Of a DNA stretch of 58,109 bases, positions 20,039 to 29,194 are shown piece by piece. The notes under the pieces are model-generated. The model was not told where the DNA came from, searched no databases, and saw only the letters and a list, made by a program, of their open reading frames with translations. A program made the position numbers and the translations under genes. Within the stretch, counting starts at the first letter, position 1. Each line of letters begins with the position of its first letter. This DNA is from Rickettsiales bacterium (GTDB lineage Bacteria > Pseudomonadota > Alphaproteobacteria > Rickettsiales > JABIRX01): NCBI GenBank assembly GCA_038120515.1, contig JAYOLW010000003.1, positions 25,605 to 83,713 on the forward strand, read 5' to 3'.

Positions 20039-20854
20039 TTAACTAATGCGTGAATTTTTAAAACTGATTAATTTTAGAGAAGTAAAAATAATCATTAAAA
20101 ATACACCATAGAATAAAGCCTCAACAATCATTGGAGAATCACTATAACCAAAAAATATATGAAGTATTTCACCAAATACACTTTTCTGACTCAACAATGA
20201 TGACGTATCCCAAATAATATCTGAGCCAAATGAAAAATATCCAGCAGCAGCAAAAAACTTTCCAGCAACTGCAGCCATACCAGCAGCGATAAAAATAAGC
20301 AGATAACTAGTAATCTTAAAAATATATTTTGTATTTATTTTGACCATACCAAAATATAACAAAGCACCGACAACAGCACCAGCCAAACTTCCAAGAATTG
20401 AACCAACAACAATTAACATAATAGTTTTGCCAGAAAGAATCATACCATAAGAAAATAAAACAATTTCTGAACCTTCACGAAGTACAGCAAGCATAATAAT
20501 CAACACAATAGTTTTTACAGGAAGTTTTCCTGCTACAACATCAAGCCCTTTTTGTTTAATAGAATTAGCTATGGCCTTACCATGAGACGAAACCCAAACT
20601 GCTGTCCATCCGATTAATATACTAGCTGATAAGGCAATTATACCATTAAATAATTCTTGCCCAAGACCATTAGCAAAATTAGAAATACCTTCAATGAAAA
20701 CTGCAATTAAAAATGAACCTAACACACCTAACAACAAACCTAAACCAATCCATTTAGAACGATTTTCAAGACCTTTTGTGGCAACAAACATTAGGCTTAT
20801 TATTAACGCAATTTCGAGAACCTCCCTAAATGTAATTATAAACGGCAAAAGCAT
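20039..20854 (-). CDS. FTR1-family high-affinity iron permease
   Basis: It is a polytopic membrane protein with two REXXE motifs (REVLE near the N-terminus and REGSE mid-protein). Confidence 0.85.
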   Translation of the reverse strand: MLLPFIITFREVLEIALIISLMFVATKGLENRSKWIGLGLLLGVLGSFLIAVFIEGISNFANGLGQELFNGIIALSASILIGWTAVWVSSHGKAIANSIKQKGLDVVAGKLPVKTIVLIIMLAVLREGSEIVLFSYGMILSGKTIMLIVVGSILGSLAGAVVGALLYFGMVKINTKYIFKITSYLLIFIAAGMAAVAGKFFAAAGYFSFGSDIIWDTSSLLSQKSVFGEILHIFFGYSDSPMIVEALFYGVFLMIIFTSLKLISFKNSRIS

Positions 20855-20858
20855 AACT

Positions 20859-21194
20859 TTAATTTACAATAATTTTACCTTTAGCTTCGTCTTCATTAAA
20901 CTCGCCAAAATATTTATATTCACCGGCACTTAATTTACCAATAAAAACAACTGATTTTGTATTACCTTTTATTATTTTCTCTCTTTTTAAATCGTGACTT
21001 TCAAATTCTTCTGCAGTTGCATCTTGATTATCAATAATCAGCTTAAACTTCTCACCTGAAGTCACTGTTATAACAGGAGGATTAAAATTGTGATTTTTTA
21101 AAACTACAACATATTCTGTTAAATTTTCTTCTTCTCCACAAGATGTAACAAACAAAACAAAAGACACAGTTAAAACTGAAAAGAACTTTTTCAT
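20859..21194 (-). CDS. Cupredoxin-fold lipoprotein (FtrB-like partner of FTR1)
   Basis: The ATG at 21192-21194 gives MKKFFSVLTVSFVLFVTS|C, which contains a lipobox. The mature part (NHNFNPPVITVTSGEKFKLIIDN...EEFESHDL...GEYKYF) looks like a small cupredoxin domain. The ORF-track start at 21242 is a TTG and would run over the Fur-like box. Confidence 0.55.
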   Translation of the reverse strand: MKKFFSVLTVSFVLFVTSCGEEENLTEYVVVLKNHNFNPPVITVTSGEKFKLIIDNQDATAEEFESHDLKREKIIKGNTKSVVFIGKLSAGEYKYFGEFNEDEAKGKIIVN

Positions 21195-21218
21195 AAAACA
21201 AATACAAAAATTTTTATT

Positions 21219-21237
21219 AATAATGATTATCACTATC
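21219..21237. promoter_or_regulatory. Fur-box-like operator
   Basis: The sequence aataatgattatcactatc matches GATAATGATAATCATTATC at 16 of 19 positions. It lies 25-43 nt upstream of the cupredoxin/FTR1 start, in the divergent region shared with hemH. Confidence 0.55.
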
Positions 21238-21321
21238 AACAAAATATAGCAAATGATTATTTGAATTATTTTATCATAGCAATTATACGTAATTAACTAA
21301 TTAATACAAATTTTGAAACTC

Positions 21322-22338
21322 ATGGATTCAAACCACCCAAAAATTCAAAAAAAAACTGGGGTTTTAATTATCAATCTTGGTACACCTGAACATTATGACG
21401 CAAGATCCGTGCGTAAATATTTACGGCAATTCTTGTCAGACCAAAGAGTTATCGAAGTTAACCCCTTTATTTGGCAAATAATTTTAAATCTTTTTATTTT
21501 ACCTTTTAGAGCCCATAGCTCGGGCGCCAAATATAAAAAAATTTGGTTTCACGAACATAATGAATCGCCTCTTAAATATTACACAAGAAATCAAGCTGAG
21601 AAATTAAAAATTCAATTGGACAAAAAATGTAAAAATTTTGAAGTTGATTATGCAATGCGCTATGGCAAACCTTCAATAGCAGAAAAAATCCAACAACTTA
21701 AGAATAATGGCTGTACAAAAATAATATTCATTCCTCTTTATCCTCAATATTCTGCAACCACAACAGCCAGTATTTCTGATGAAATTTTTAGAGTGCTAAA
21801 ACAATTTAGATGGCAACCTGAATTTAGACTTTGCGGCCCATATCATGATAATGAAATTTATATTAAAGCATTAGTTGAATCATTAAAATCTCATATCAAA
21901 ACTTTAGATTTTAAACCAGATGCAATTTTATCTTCATATCATGGATTGCCAGCTGAATATTTTAAGAAGGGTGACCCATATTTTTGTTTTTGTTCAAAGA
22001 CAAATCGGTTATTCGGTGAAGAACTTATTAAGCAAAAAATCAAGATTCCTAATCATTTAAGTTTTCAATCAAGATTTGGTCCAAAAAAATGGCTAGAACC
22101 ATATACTGAAGATGTGCTAAAAAAACTTATAGCAAACAATGTCAAAAACCTTGTGGTTATTACGCCTGGCTTTGCATCTGACTGTATTGAAACATTAGAA
22201 GAAGTTAATATTGAATATCAAGATATGTTTAAAAACTTAGGTGGCGATAATTTTTCGGCTGTACCTTGTTTAAATGATAGTAAACAATCAATTAATCTTT
22301 TCGAACATTTGATTGATATTAACGATTGGATCAATTAA
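21322..22338 (+). CDS. hemH: Ferrochelatase
   Basis: It has the GVLIINLGTP N-terminus and the LYPQYS and SYHGLP motifs. I prefer the ATG at 21322 over the TTG at 21313. Confidence 0.9.
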   Translation: MDSNHPKIQKKTGVLIINLGTPEHYDARSVRKYLRQFLSDQRVIEVNPFIWQIILNLFILPFRAHSSGAKYKKIWFHEHNESPLKYYTRNQAEKLKIQLDKKCKNFEVDYAMRYGKPSIAEKIQQLKNNGCTKIIFIPLYPQYSATTTASISDEIFRVLKQFRWQPEFRLCGPYHDNEIYIKALVESLKSHIKTLDFKPDAILSSYHGLPAEYFKKGDPYFCFCSKTNRLFGEELIKQKIKIPNHLSFQSRFGPKKWLEPYTEDVLKKLIANNVKNLVVITPGFASDCIETLEEVNIEYQDMFKNLGGDNFSAVPCLNDSKQSINLFEHLIDINDWIN

Positions 22339-22371
22339 AAAATTAGCTCAACTAACTATTTTTATATATTA

Positions 22372-22815
22372 ATGGACGCAATAGATAAAAAAATTATAAA
22401 AATCCTTCAAAAAAATGCTAGAACACCAAACTCTGATATTGCCAAAAAACTAAAAATGGCTGCCTCATCAATTTGGGAACGAATAAAAAAATTGGAAGAT
22501 AAAAAAATTATTAGTCAATATACAGTACTTCTTAATCATAAAGCTATTAACCAAAATGTTTTAGCTTTTGTAATCATCGCTCTTCATTCTGCTAATTGGT
22601 CTGAGGAATTCGAAGCAGAAATGCTTAAAATAAAAAATATCGAAGAACTTCATGAAATCATAGGTGAAGATTCTTACATTGCTAAAATTAGAGCGCGCGA
22701 CATTGATCAATTATCCGACATCCTAAAAAATAAGATTGGAAAAATTGAAGTAGTAAAATCTACAAAGACTACAATTTCAGTAGGTGAAGTTAGGTATGAA
22801 TCGAGCTTAGGCTAA
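22372..22815 (+). CDS. Lrp/AsnC-family transcriptional regulator
   Basis: The protein is 147 aa. It has an N-terminal HTH (DAIDKKIIKILQKNARTPNSDIAKKL) and a C-terminal RAM/AsnC_trans_reg-like domain. Confidence 0.85.
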   Translation: MDAIDKKIIKILQKNARTPNSDIAKKLKMAASSIWERIKKLEDKKIISQYTVLLNHKAINQNVLAFVIIALHSANWSEEFEAEMLKIKNIEELHEIIGEDSYIAKIRARDIDQLSDILKNKIGKIEVVKSTKTTISVGEVRYESSLG

Positions 22816-22825
22816 AATTTTTTTA

Positions 22826-24196
22826 TCAAAGAGTTCTGTATATTTCTAGGGCTCTATTTCTTGTAGCCTTTAGATCTATCATTGCATTTTTATAATTAGA
22901 TCGATCTGAAGGCATATGAATTTGTTTATCAGTTAAATATTTTAACTCAGGTACCCATTTTCTGATATAATCACCATTTTTATCAAATTTCTCACTTTGA
23001 GTTATAGGGTTAAATATCCTAAAATAAGGAGCTGCATCAACACCGCTGCCCGCGACCCATTGCCATGAGGCTGAGTTGGCAGCAAGATCAGCATCAACTA
23101 AGCAATCATTAAACCACTTAGCACCGATACGCCAATCTACTAATAAATTTTTAGTTAGAAATGAAGCTACTACCATTCGCATTCTATTATGCATCCAACC
23201 AGTTTGCCATAATTGCCGCATTGCCGCATCTATAATTGGAAATCCGGTTTGACCTTTTTGCCATTTTATGATCTCTGACTCATTATTAAGCCAAGGAAAA
23301 TTATTAAACTTTGCTTTAAAGTTTTGCAAAGGAAATGCCGGAAAATGATATAGAAGATAATATGCAAATTCTCGCCAGCCCAGCTCACTAAGGAAAACAG
23401 ATCGCCCCTCACCTTCATCAAAAATCATGGCTTTAAAATATAATTGCTTAGATGAGATAAGGCCATAATGTATGTAAGGTGATAAAACTGACGTACCATC
23501 TTTTGCAGGAAAATCTCTATTTTTATGATAAAGATCCATTTTATTTTGCATAAAATCCCATGCAATTTCATGAGCAGAGATTTCGGATATTTTATATATA
23601 TTCTCCCATCCCAACGCCCAATTAGGCTTTCTAGGCAAGAGATTTAAATCATTAATATGTTTTGATTCGGTTAATGTTACAATGGATTTTATAGTTTCTG
23701 GAATATCAAGAGGATTAGTAATTTTAGCAAGCTTTGATAAACAGTTACGCCAGAATGGAGTAAAAACTTTAAAAAATTCACCAGAGTTGTTTTTTATATC
23801 ATTTGGCTCAAAAAATAATGAAGCATTAAAACTTTTAGCTTGAATAGATTGATCATTGAAAAATTTTTTTATCTGAATATCTCTTTTTATTATTTGCGGT
23901 TCATAAACCCTATTCCATAAAATTGAATTTATCTTATGTAATTTTACATATTTTTGTAATATTTCAAAGCTGTCACCTATATCTATAATTAAGTTTGCCT
24001 GATATTTTTCTTTTAAATCAGCTGCTAATGATAAAAGAGCATGGTGCAGAAACCATTTTGATGCAGATCCTATTGGATGTTTTGGATCTGAAATATAAAG
24101 AAATATAACCTCATGATTATTTAGATATGCATAATTTAAGGCAGGATTATCTGCTAATCTTAAATCATTTCTGAACCATATAATTGTTTTAGACAT
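22826..24196 (-). CDS. phr: Deoxyribodipyrimidine (CPD) photolyase, class I type
   Basis: The protein is 456 aa. FAD-binding domain motifs are present: TGFPIIDAAMRQLWQTGWMHNRMRMVVASFL and SASWQWVAGSG. Confidence 0.9.
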   Translation of the reverse strand: MSKTIIWFRNDLRLADNPALNYAYLNNHEVIFLYISDPKHPIGSASKWFLHHALLSLAADLKEKYQANLIIDIGDSFEILQKYVKLHKINSILWNRVYEPQIIKRDIQIKKFFNDQSIQAKSFNASLFFEPNDIKNNSGEFFKVFTPFWRNCLSKLAKITNPLDIPETIKSIVTLTESKHINDLNLLPRKPNWALGWENIYKISEISAHEIAWDFMQNKMDLYHKNRDFPAKDGTSVLSPYIHYGLISSKQLYFKAMIFDEGEGRSVFLSELGWREFAYYLLYHFPAFPLQNFKAKFNNFPWLNNESEIIKWQKGQTGFPIIDAAMRQLWQTGWMHNRMRMVVASFLTKNLLVDWRIGAKWFNDCLVDADLAANSASWQWVAGSGVDAAPYFRIFNPITQSEKFDKNGDYIRKWVPELKYLTDKQIHMPSDRSNYKNAMIDLKATRNRALEIYRTL

Positions 24197-24199
24197 GAG

Positions 24200-24218
24200 C
24201 GATAAATAACATTTATCG
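24200..24218. promoter_or_regulatory. Perfect 8-3-8 inverted repeat directly upstream of the photolyase start codon
   Basis: The arm cgataaat is followed by aac and then atttatcg. The repeat ends 3 nt from the ATG at 24194-24196. Confidence 0.3.
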
Positions 24219-24261
24219 TTTAACTATATCAGTATAAATTTCTTGCAATCAGATTATGAAC

Positions 24262-24765
24262 TTACTGAGTAAATAAAGTGATAAAGGTTATATATGCAAA
24301 AATAGCAAATAACAAAACCCATATTTGCGTATAAGTTAAAAATGAAGATTTTGCTTTATTACCAAGTAAGTTAAATATTTGTGGCCAACTATAAGATATC
24401 AAATCTCCTTGCGAAACCATTCCAAGCAAAGCGCCTTTTTTATCGACTATTGGTAAATGCCTAAATCTTCCTTGACTCATTCTTCTAAGAGCATCAGAAA
24501 TTAGTGACTCTTGAGTTGCTGTTTTCACCTTTTTAGTCATAACATCTTTGACCTTAACCTTTGTGACATCCATGGCATGAGCTGCCACTTTATTCAAAAC
24601 ATCTCTTTCAGTAAAAATTCCGACCAGTTTTTTATCTTTTAAAACTATAGCTGAGCCATACCCATGTTCAACAATGACTTTTACCGCATCATAAACTGAC
24701 ATTTCTTCATCAATTGTCAGAACATTTGTTTTATCTTTAAATTCTGGTATGTCTATTATTCTCAT
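24262..24765 (-). CDS. CBS-pair domain protein with C-terminal membrane anchor
   Basis: It has two CBS motifs, with GIFTERDVL and GMVSQGDLI strands. A hydrophobic C-terminal helix is present (IWVLLFAIFAYITFITLF). Confidence 0.75.
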   Translation of the reverse strand: MRIIDIPEFKDKTNVLTIDEEMSVYDAVKVIVEHGYGSAIVLKDKKLVGIFTERDVLNKVAAHAMDVTKVKVKDVMTKKVKTATQESLISDALRRMSQGRFRHLPIVDKKGALLGMVSQGDLISYSWPQIFNLLGNKAKSSFLTYTQIWVLLFAIFAYITFITLFTQ

Positions 24766-24883
24766 TTTCTTACCCTTTTATGTTAATAAAGCATATTATT
24801 TATTGGAAATCTCTTTACAGCCTTATCTAATAAATTTAACATTTTTTAGACTCTTTGTCTATCTGATAATTTTTCTTCTATTT

Positions 24884-25435
24884 ATGTTTATAACAAAACT
24901 TTTAACTATATTTATGTTTTTAAATTTCTTTAATAATGCTAACGCAGAAAATATGACTAAAATGAATGCTTATCAATTTTCATTCAATGATATTCATGGT
25001 CACCCGATTTCCTTATCAGACTTCAGAGGCAAAGTAATTCTGGTTGTAAATACCGCATCAAAATGTGGATTTACACCTCAATATAAAGATCTTGAAATAT
25101 TGCATCAAAATTACCATGACAAAGGTTTAATTATCATTGGCGTTCCATCAGCAAATTTTGCCAATCAAGAATTCGGGGACAATAAGGAAATAGATCAATT
25201 CACAAAGGATCAATTTAACATTAATTTTTTAATTACCGAAAAATGCGATGTTAAAGGTCAAACTGCTCACCCTTTTTATCAATGGGCTAATAAAGAGGCA
25301 GGTTTTCTAGGCTCGCCTAAATGGAATTTTCATAAATATCTTATTGATAAAAATGGCAATTTTGCGGCCTGGTACAGTTCACAGACCAAACCAACATCTC
25401 CTAAAATCATTAATAAAATTGAGGAGCTTTTATGA
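24884..25435 (+). CDS. Glutathione peroxidase (Cys-type), possibly exported
   Basis: It has the NTASKCGFTPQY active-site motif and the WNFHKYLI motif. The ATG at 24884 would add a signal-like peptide, MFITKLLTIFMFLNFFNNANA. An alternative cytoplasmic start is the ATG at 24953. The longer ORF-track start at 24749 is unlikely. Confidence 0.8.
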   Translation: MFITKLLTIFMFLNFFNNANAENMTKMNAYQFSFNDIHGHPISLSDFRGKVILVVNTASKCGFTPQYKDLEILHQNYHDKGLIIIGVPSANFANQEFGDNKEIDQFTKDQFNINFLITEKCDVKGQTAHPFYQWANKEAGFLGSPKWNFHKYLIDKNGNFAAWYSSQTKPTSPKIINKIEELL

Positions 25436-25803
25436 CCAAAATTACTGCAAAAAATGTTCTTGGAACCAAACTTAACCCGTGTTGTTTTGACCCAGTTACT
25501 GGATTCAATCGAGATGGTTATTGCAACATCAATGATTTTGATCGAGGTAAACATATAATCTGCGCTGTAATGACAAATGAATTTCTGCATTTTAGCAAAA
25601 AAAGAGGTAATAACCTTATGGATGGAAATGCATATTTCCCTGGACTTAAAGCTGGTGACAAATGGTGTTTATGTATCGAAAGATGGCTAGAAGCATTAGA
25701 GGCGAATATTGCACCCAAAATTATCTTAGAAAGCTCACATCTCAGCTGTCTTGAATATGTTGATTTAGAAATATTAAAAACATATGAATTTAAGCTTAAT
25801 TAA
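25432..25803 (+). CDS. DUF2237-family protein
   Basis: The protein is 123 aa. It has a conserved Cys pattern (NPCCFDPVTGFNRDGYC...DKWCLC). It overlaps gpx by 4 nt (ATGA). Confidence 0.65.
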   Translation: MTKITAKNVLGTKLNPCCFDPVTGFNRDGYCNINDFDRGKHIICAVMTNEFLHFSKKRGNNLMDGNAYFPGLKAGDKWCLCIERWLEALEANIAPKIILESSHLSCLEYVDLEILKTYEFKLN

Positions 25804-26680
25804 ATTCAGATTTTATATTTTTAGCAATATCTAAAAGGCCTTCCTTATATGATGGATATATAAATTTATAATTTAACAATTGTTTTAATTTGGCATTATC
25901 AACAATTTTATTATCAAGAGCATAAGAAGAATGCCTAAAAACTTTTTGCTTAGGCTTAACCACTAATCGAGCTATTTCGAGTATTTTATCACAAATAAAA
26001 TCATTTACCTCTTGAGTTTTAGCTGGATTGTCATCAGCAACATTAAAGATTTGATTTGTAACATTTGATAAAAAAATCTGATTTATAATATTAACAATAT
26101 CTTTAACATGAGTTCTTGAAATTATTTTGGTAGTATCATAATTACAAATTATCTTATTTTTTAAAATACCTTCAATGGCATTTCTTTGATCTCCATAAAT
26201 TCCAGCAAGCCTCAAAATATTAACATTAGCATTTTTATTATTTCTTATTGTCAGGTATTTTCCTTCACAAGCAATCCTAGCTATACCATTTTCTGATTTT
26301 GCAAGTAACTGAGATTCTTCATTAACTTTTTGACCATTATGATCTCCATAAACCGAAGTTGCAGATAGATAAATCAAATTAAAACTTTTATTTCGATTAG
26401 AGAAATAATTAAAAAATTGTTCAATTACAGGATCACTCTTAGCTGCATAATTTGGCGGTATCGAAACTAAAAAACAATCATATAAATCTAAAATATCATT
26501 TTTAATTTTATTAAATTCATAAGCGATAGACATCAAAGGCTTGCCTAAATATTTAGGTTCAGATTTATGAAAACTATATCCTATATGATTATATTCCGAA
26601 ACATAAGCATCACAAAAAAACTGGGCAACGTAACCATATCCAAATAAAAATAAATTCTGTTTGTTGATAATATTACCCAT
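25796..26680 (-). CDS. NAD(P)-binding Rossmann-fold protein (atypical/extended SDR, epimerase-like)
   Basis: The protein is 294 aa. It has an N-terminal FGYGYVA glycine-rich turn, and LRLAGIYG resembles extended SDR proteins. The substrate is unknown. Confidence 0.55.
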   Translation of the reverse strand: MGNIINKQNLFLFGYGYVAQFFCDAYVSEYNHIGYSFHKSEPKYLGKPLMSIAYEFNKIKNDILDLYDCFLVSIPPNYAAKSDPVIEQFFNYFSNRNKSFNLIYLSATSVYGDHNGQKVNEESQLLAKSENGIARIACEGKYLTIRNNKNANVNILRLAGIYGDQRNAIEGILKNKIICNYDTTKIISRTHVKDIVNIINQIFLSNVTNQIFNVADDNPAKTQEVNDFICDKILEIARLVVKPKQKVFRHSSYALDNKIVDNAKLKQLLNYKFIYPSYKEGLLDIAKNIKSEFN

Positions 26681-26686
26681 TTTTAT

Positions 26687-27127
26687 CTATTCTATACTAC
26701 TTTTTAGCATCCATGCATTTTTCTGATGAACTTCGATTCTATCGGTAACAATACTTGCTGTTACTTCATCATCATGTTCTTGAGCTTTATGCAATACATT
26801 CATTAATGTTTTTACAATAACTTCTTGATCATGCGCTAAATCTTTTACCATAGACATATCATCTAACTCTTCATCACCTTCAACAATAGACGAGAGTTTT
26901 CGATATGATGCAAAGCTTCCTGGAGCCTTCTCACCAAGTGCCCTAATTCGTTCAGCTATTAAATCAACTGCGTTAAATAAATCATTATACTGTTCTTCAA
27001 ACATTAAATGTAATGACTTAAAATGAGGACCGACAACATTCCAATGATAATTTTGAGTTTTTAAATAAAGAATATAGCTATCTGCTAATGCTACTTTTAA
27101 TAAATCTGCGATTTTTTTATTGGCCAT
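26687..27127 (-). CDS. dps: Dps (DNA-binding ferritin-like protein)
   Basis: The protein is 146 aa. The ferroxidase-site pattern is present: HWNVVGPHFKSLHLMFEEQY...DLIAERI. Confidence 0.9.
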   Translation of the reverse strand: MANKKIADLLKVALADSYILYLKTQNYHWNVVGPHFKSLHLMFEEQYNDLFNAVDLIAERIRALGEKAPGSFASYRKLSSIVEGDEELDDMSMVKDLAHDQEVIVKTLMNVLHKAQEHDDEVTASIVTDRIEVHQKNAWMLKSSIE

Positions 27128-27171
27128 AATTACAAAAATAAACAGTTAACTTTATTGTAACATTTTTATAA

Positions 27172-27897
27172 CTAAAAATCTATTTTTAAACCATTAAAGT
27201 CATAAAGATTACCACTATCACCACTATTTAAACCATCTAGAACAGAAATTAACTGTCTAACTGAGAACTCGGCTGTAAAAAGCTTCTCTGGTTTTACAGC
27301 GCTTTGAAATGGTTTAGATAAGTTACTATCAACTGTTCCAGGATGAAGCCCTGCTATGATGGCATTTTTATTGGTTCTAGCGATTTCAATCGCAGCATTC
27401 TTAAGAATCATATTTAATGCTGTTTTCGAAGCTCTATAAGCATACCAACCACCTAATCTATTGTCAGATACACTACTAACTCTAGCACTTAAGGCCGCAA
27501 ATAGAGATTTATTATCCTTATTTAGTCTAGGTAAATAATATTTAGCAATTATCGCCGGCGCAATTGTGTTAATGCTAAACAATTTATGGAATTTTTCAGC
27601 AGACAGTTCTTTTAATGATTTTTCTGGCATAATCTCATCATTATGCAGCATTCCTGTTGCAACAATCACGATATCAAGCTCTTTATCTTTTGAAGCTACC
27701 TCAGCAGAATCTTTAATTGAGGTTTCATTTTCAATGTCAATAAAATGTGTTTTGACATTGCTACTTGTAAAACTAACTTCAGATCTACTAAAAGCATGAA
27801 TTATATTAGTAGAATTTTGAGCATATTGATTCACAAATTCTTTGCCAATAGCACCGCTTGCGCCAATAATGGCAATATTAAAATTATCATTTTGCAT
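27172..27897 (-). CDS. Short-chain dehydrogenase/reductase
   Basis: It has the IIGASGAIG cofactor motif and the catalytic YRASK. It is the last gene of the overlapping 8-gene operon. Confidence 0.8.
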   Translation of the reverse strand: MQNDNFNIAIIGASGAIGKEFVNQYAQNSTNIIHAFSRSEVSFTSSNVKTHFIDIENETSIKDSAEVASKDKELDIVIVATGMLHNDEIMPEKSLKELSAEKFHKLFSINTIAPAIIAKYYLPRLNKDNKSLFAALSARVSSVSDNRLGGWYAYRASKTALNMILKNAAIEIARTNKNAIIAGLHPGTVDSNLSKPFQSAVKPEKLFTAEFSVRQLISVLDGLNSGDSGNLYDFNGLKIDF

Positions 27898-28651
27898 GTT
27901 TTACTATAGAAAATCTTATTGAAAATGGTAAGAATCTTAAAAATTGCATGATCAATTTAAATGGCCATGGAAAAGCAATTTCAAATTTATGAGTTTTAAG
28001 ATTTTTAATTATAATTTTTGCAGCCTTATCAGCTGATATTAAAAACGGCATTGGAAAATTATTTTGATCCGTAAGCCTAGATTTAACAAAACCAGGATTT
28101 ATTAATTGTACCTTAATATCATATGACAACAATTCATATTTTAAACTTTCAACCAAATTTGACAAACCAGCTTTTGATGCCCCATATGCAATTGAATTTG
28201 GCATACCAAAATACCCAGCTATACTTGATATAACAGCTAAATGTTTGATCTTTTTTGCCTTAATTAAAGGATTGAAATATTCAATAAATTTAACAAAGCT
28301 TATTAGATTAACATCAATAGTCATTAAAGAAGTTTTAAGATCAAAATCTTCTAACCCCATTGGTTTGTAGGTACCTACAGAAAAAAGAACAAGATCAATG
28401 CTGTTGAAGACTTTTTCAACTTCAGTTATTAAATTTTGCCAATCAGCATCTAGCGTAACATCACATTTAACAGCCTTATGATTACCAGAAAATTTACTTA
28501 ACATGTCGGTAATTTTATCAACTGATCTAGCTGCAACTATTAAATTAGCTCCTTCTGATGCCAATTCATTAACTAAAGAAGATCCTATACCAAAACTTCC
28601 GCCTAAAACCAAAATATTTTTATTCTGATAAAATGAGTTTTTAATCATCAA
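27887..28651 (-). CDS. Short-chain dehydrogenase/reductase
   Basis: It has VLGGSFGIG and the catalytic YGASK. It overlaps the downstream SDR gene by 11 nt. Confidence 0.8.
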   Translation of the reverse strand: MMIKNSFYQNKNILVLGGSFGIGSSLVNELASEGANLIVAARSVDKITDMLSKFSGNHKAVKCDVTLDADWQNLITEVEKVFNSIDLVLFSVGTYKPMGLEDFDLKTSLMTIDVNLISFVKFIEYFNPLIKAKKIKHLAVISSIAGYFGMPNSIAYGASKAGLSNLVESLKYELLSYDIKVQLINPGFVKSRLTDQNNFPMPFLISADKAAKIIIKNLKTHKFEIAFPWPFKLIMQFLRFLPFSIRFSIVKHAK

Positions 28652-29180
28652 GCTTCTTAAAGAAAATAGTTAATTTGGCGAAAGTAATACCAAATTTCTT
28701 AATTTTAGACTTATTAACTAAGGTCTTATCATCTATTAAATACATCCAATCATCTAATGTCACATGGTAAGTTTTTTTAGTTTCATTATCTACGACTAAA
28801 TCAAGCACATATTGCATCTGGAGTGCATTACCATATTGCTGACCTTTAGCAACTCCAACAACATCAGCAGCAGTTGCCGTAAAATGATGATCATCTTGGA
28901 ACTCTATAGTCCAAATCCTTTTACTAGTTTCGCCATCATCAAAGGTAAAATACTCATCTAAAACACCTATTTGTCCATCCCATTTAGCTTCCATATCAAC
29001 TACAAACCGTCTGGTAATTTTACCTTTACGGTCCTCTAAAATACCATGAGCTATAACTTTGCCATTAAGAAAATTTCGAATATCTAATTTAGGAGTATTT
29101 TGAGCATAATCTTTAGGTGATTTTCCTGAACATGAGAAAAGTAACATAGTAAAAATCAAAATTTGAATGACGTTTTTCAT
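28641..29180 (-). CDS. DUF3833-family lipoprotein
   Basis: It has a lipobox, LLFS|C. The FF/NGK...RRFVVDM...WDG..G.LDE.F.F.DGE...R.W...DVVG.A.G...GNAL...Y...DDWMYLIDD pattern matches what I recall for DUF3833. Confidence 0.65.
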   Translation of the reverse strand: MKNVIQILIFTMLLFSCSGKSPKDYAQNTPKLDIRNFLNGKVIAHGILEDRKGKITRRFVVDMEAKWDGQIGVLDEYFTFDDGETSKRIWTIEFQDDHHFTATAADVVGVAKGQQYGNALQMQYVLDLVVDNETKKTYHVTLDDWMYLIDDKTLVNKSKIKKFGITFAKLTIFFKKLDD

Positions 29181-29194
29181 AATTAATTTTTAAA

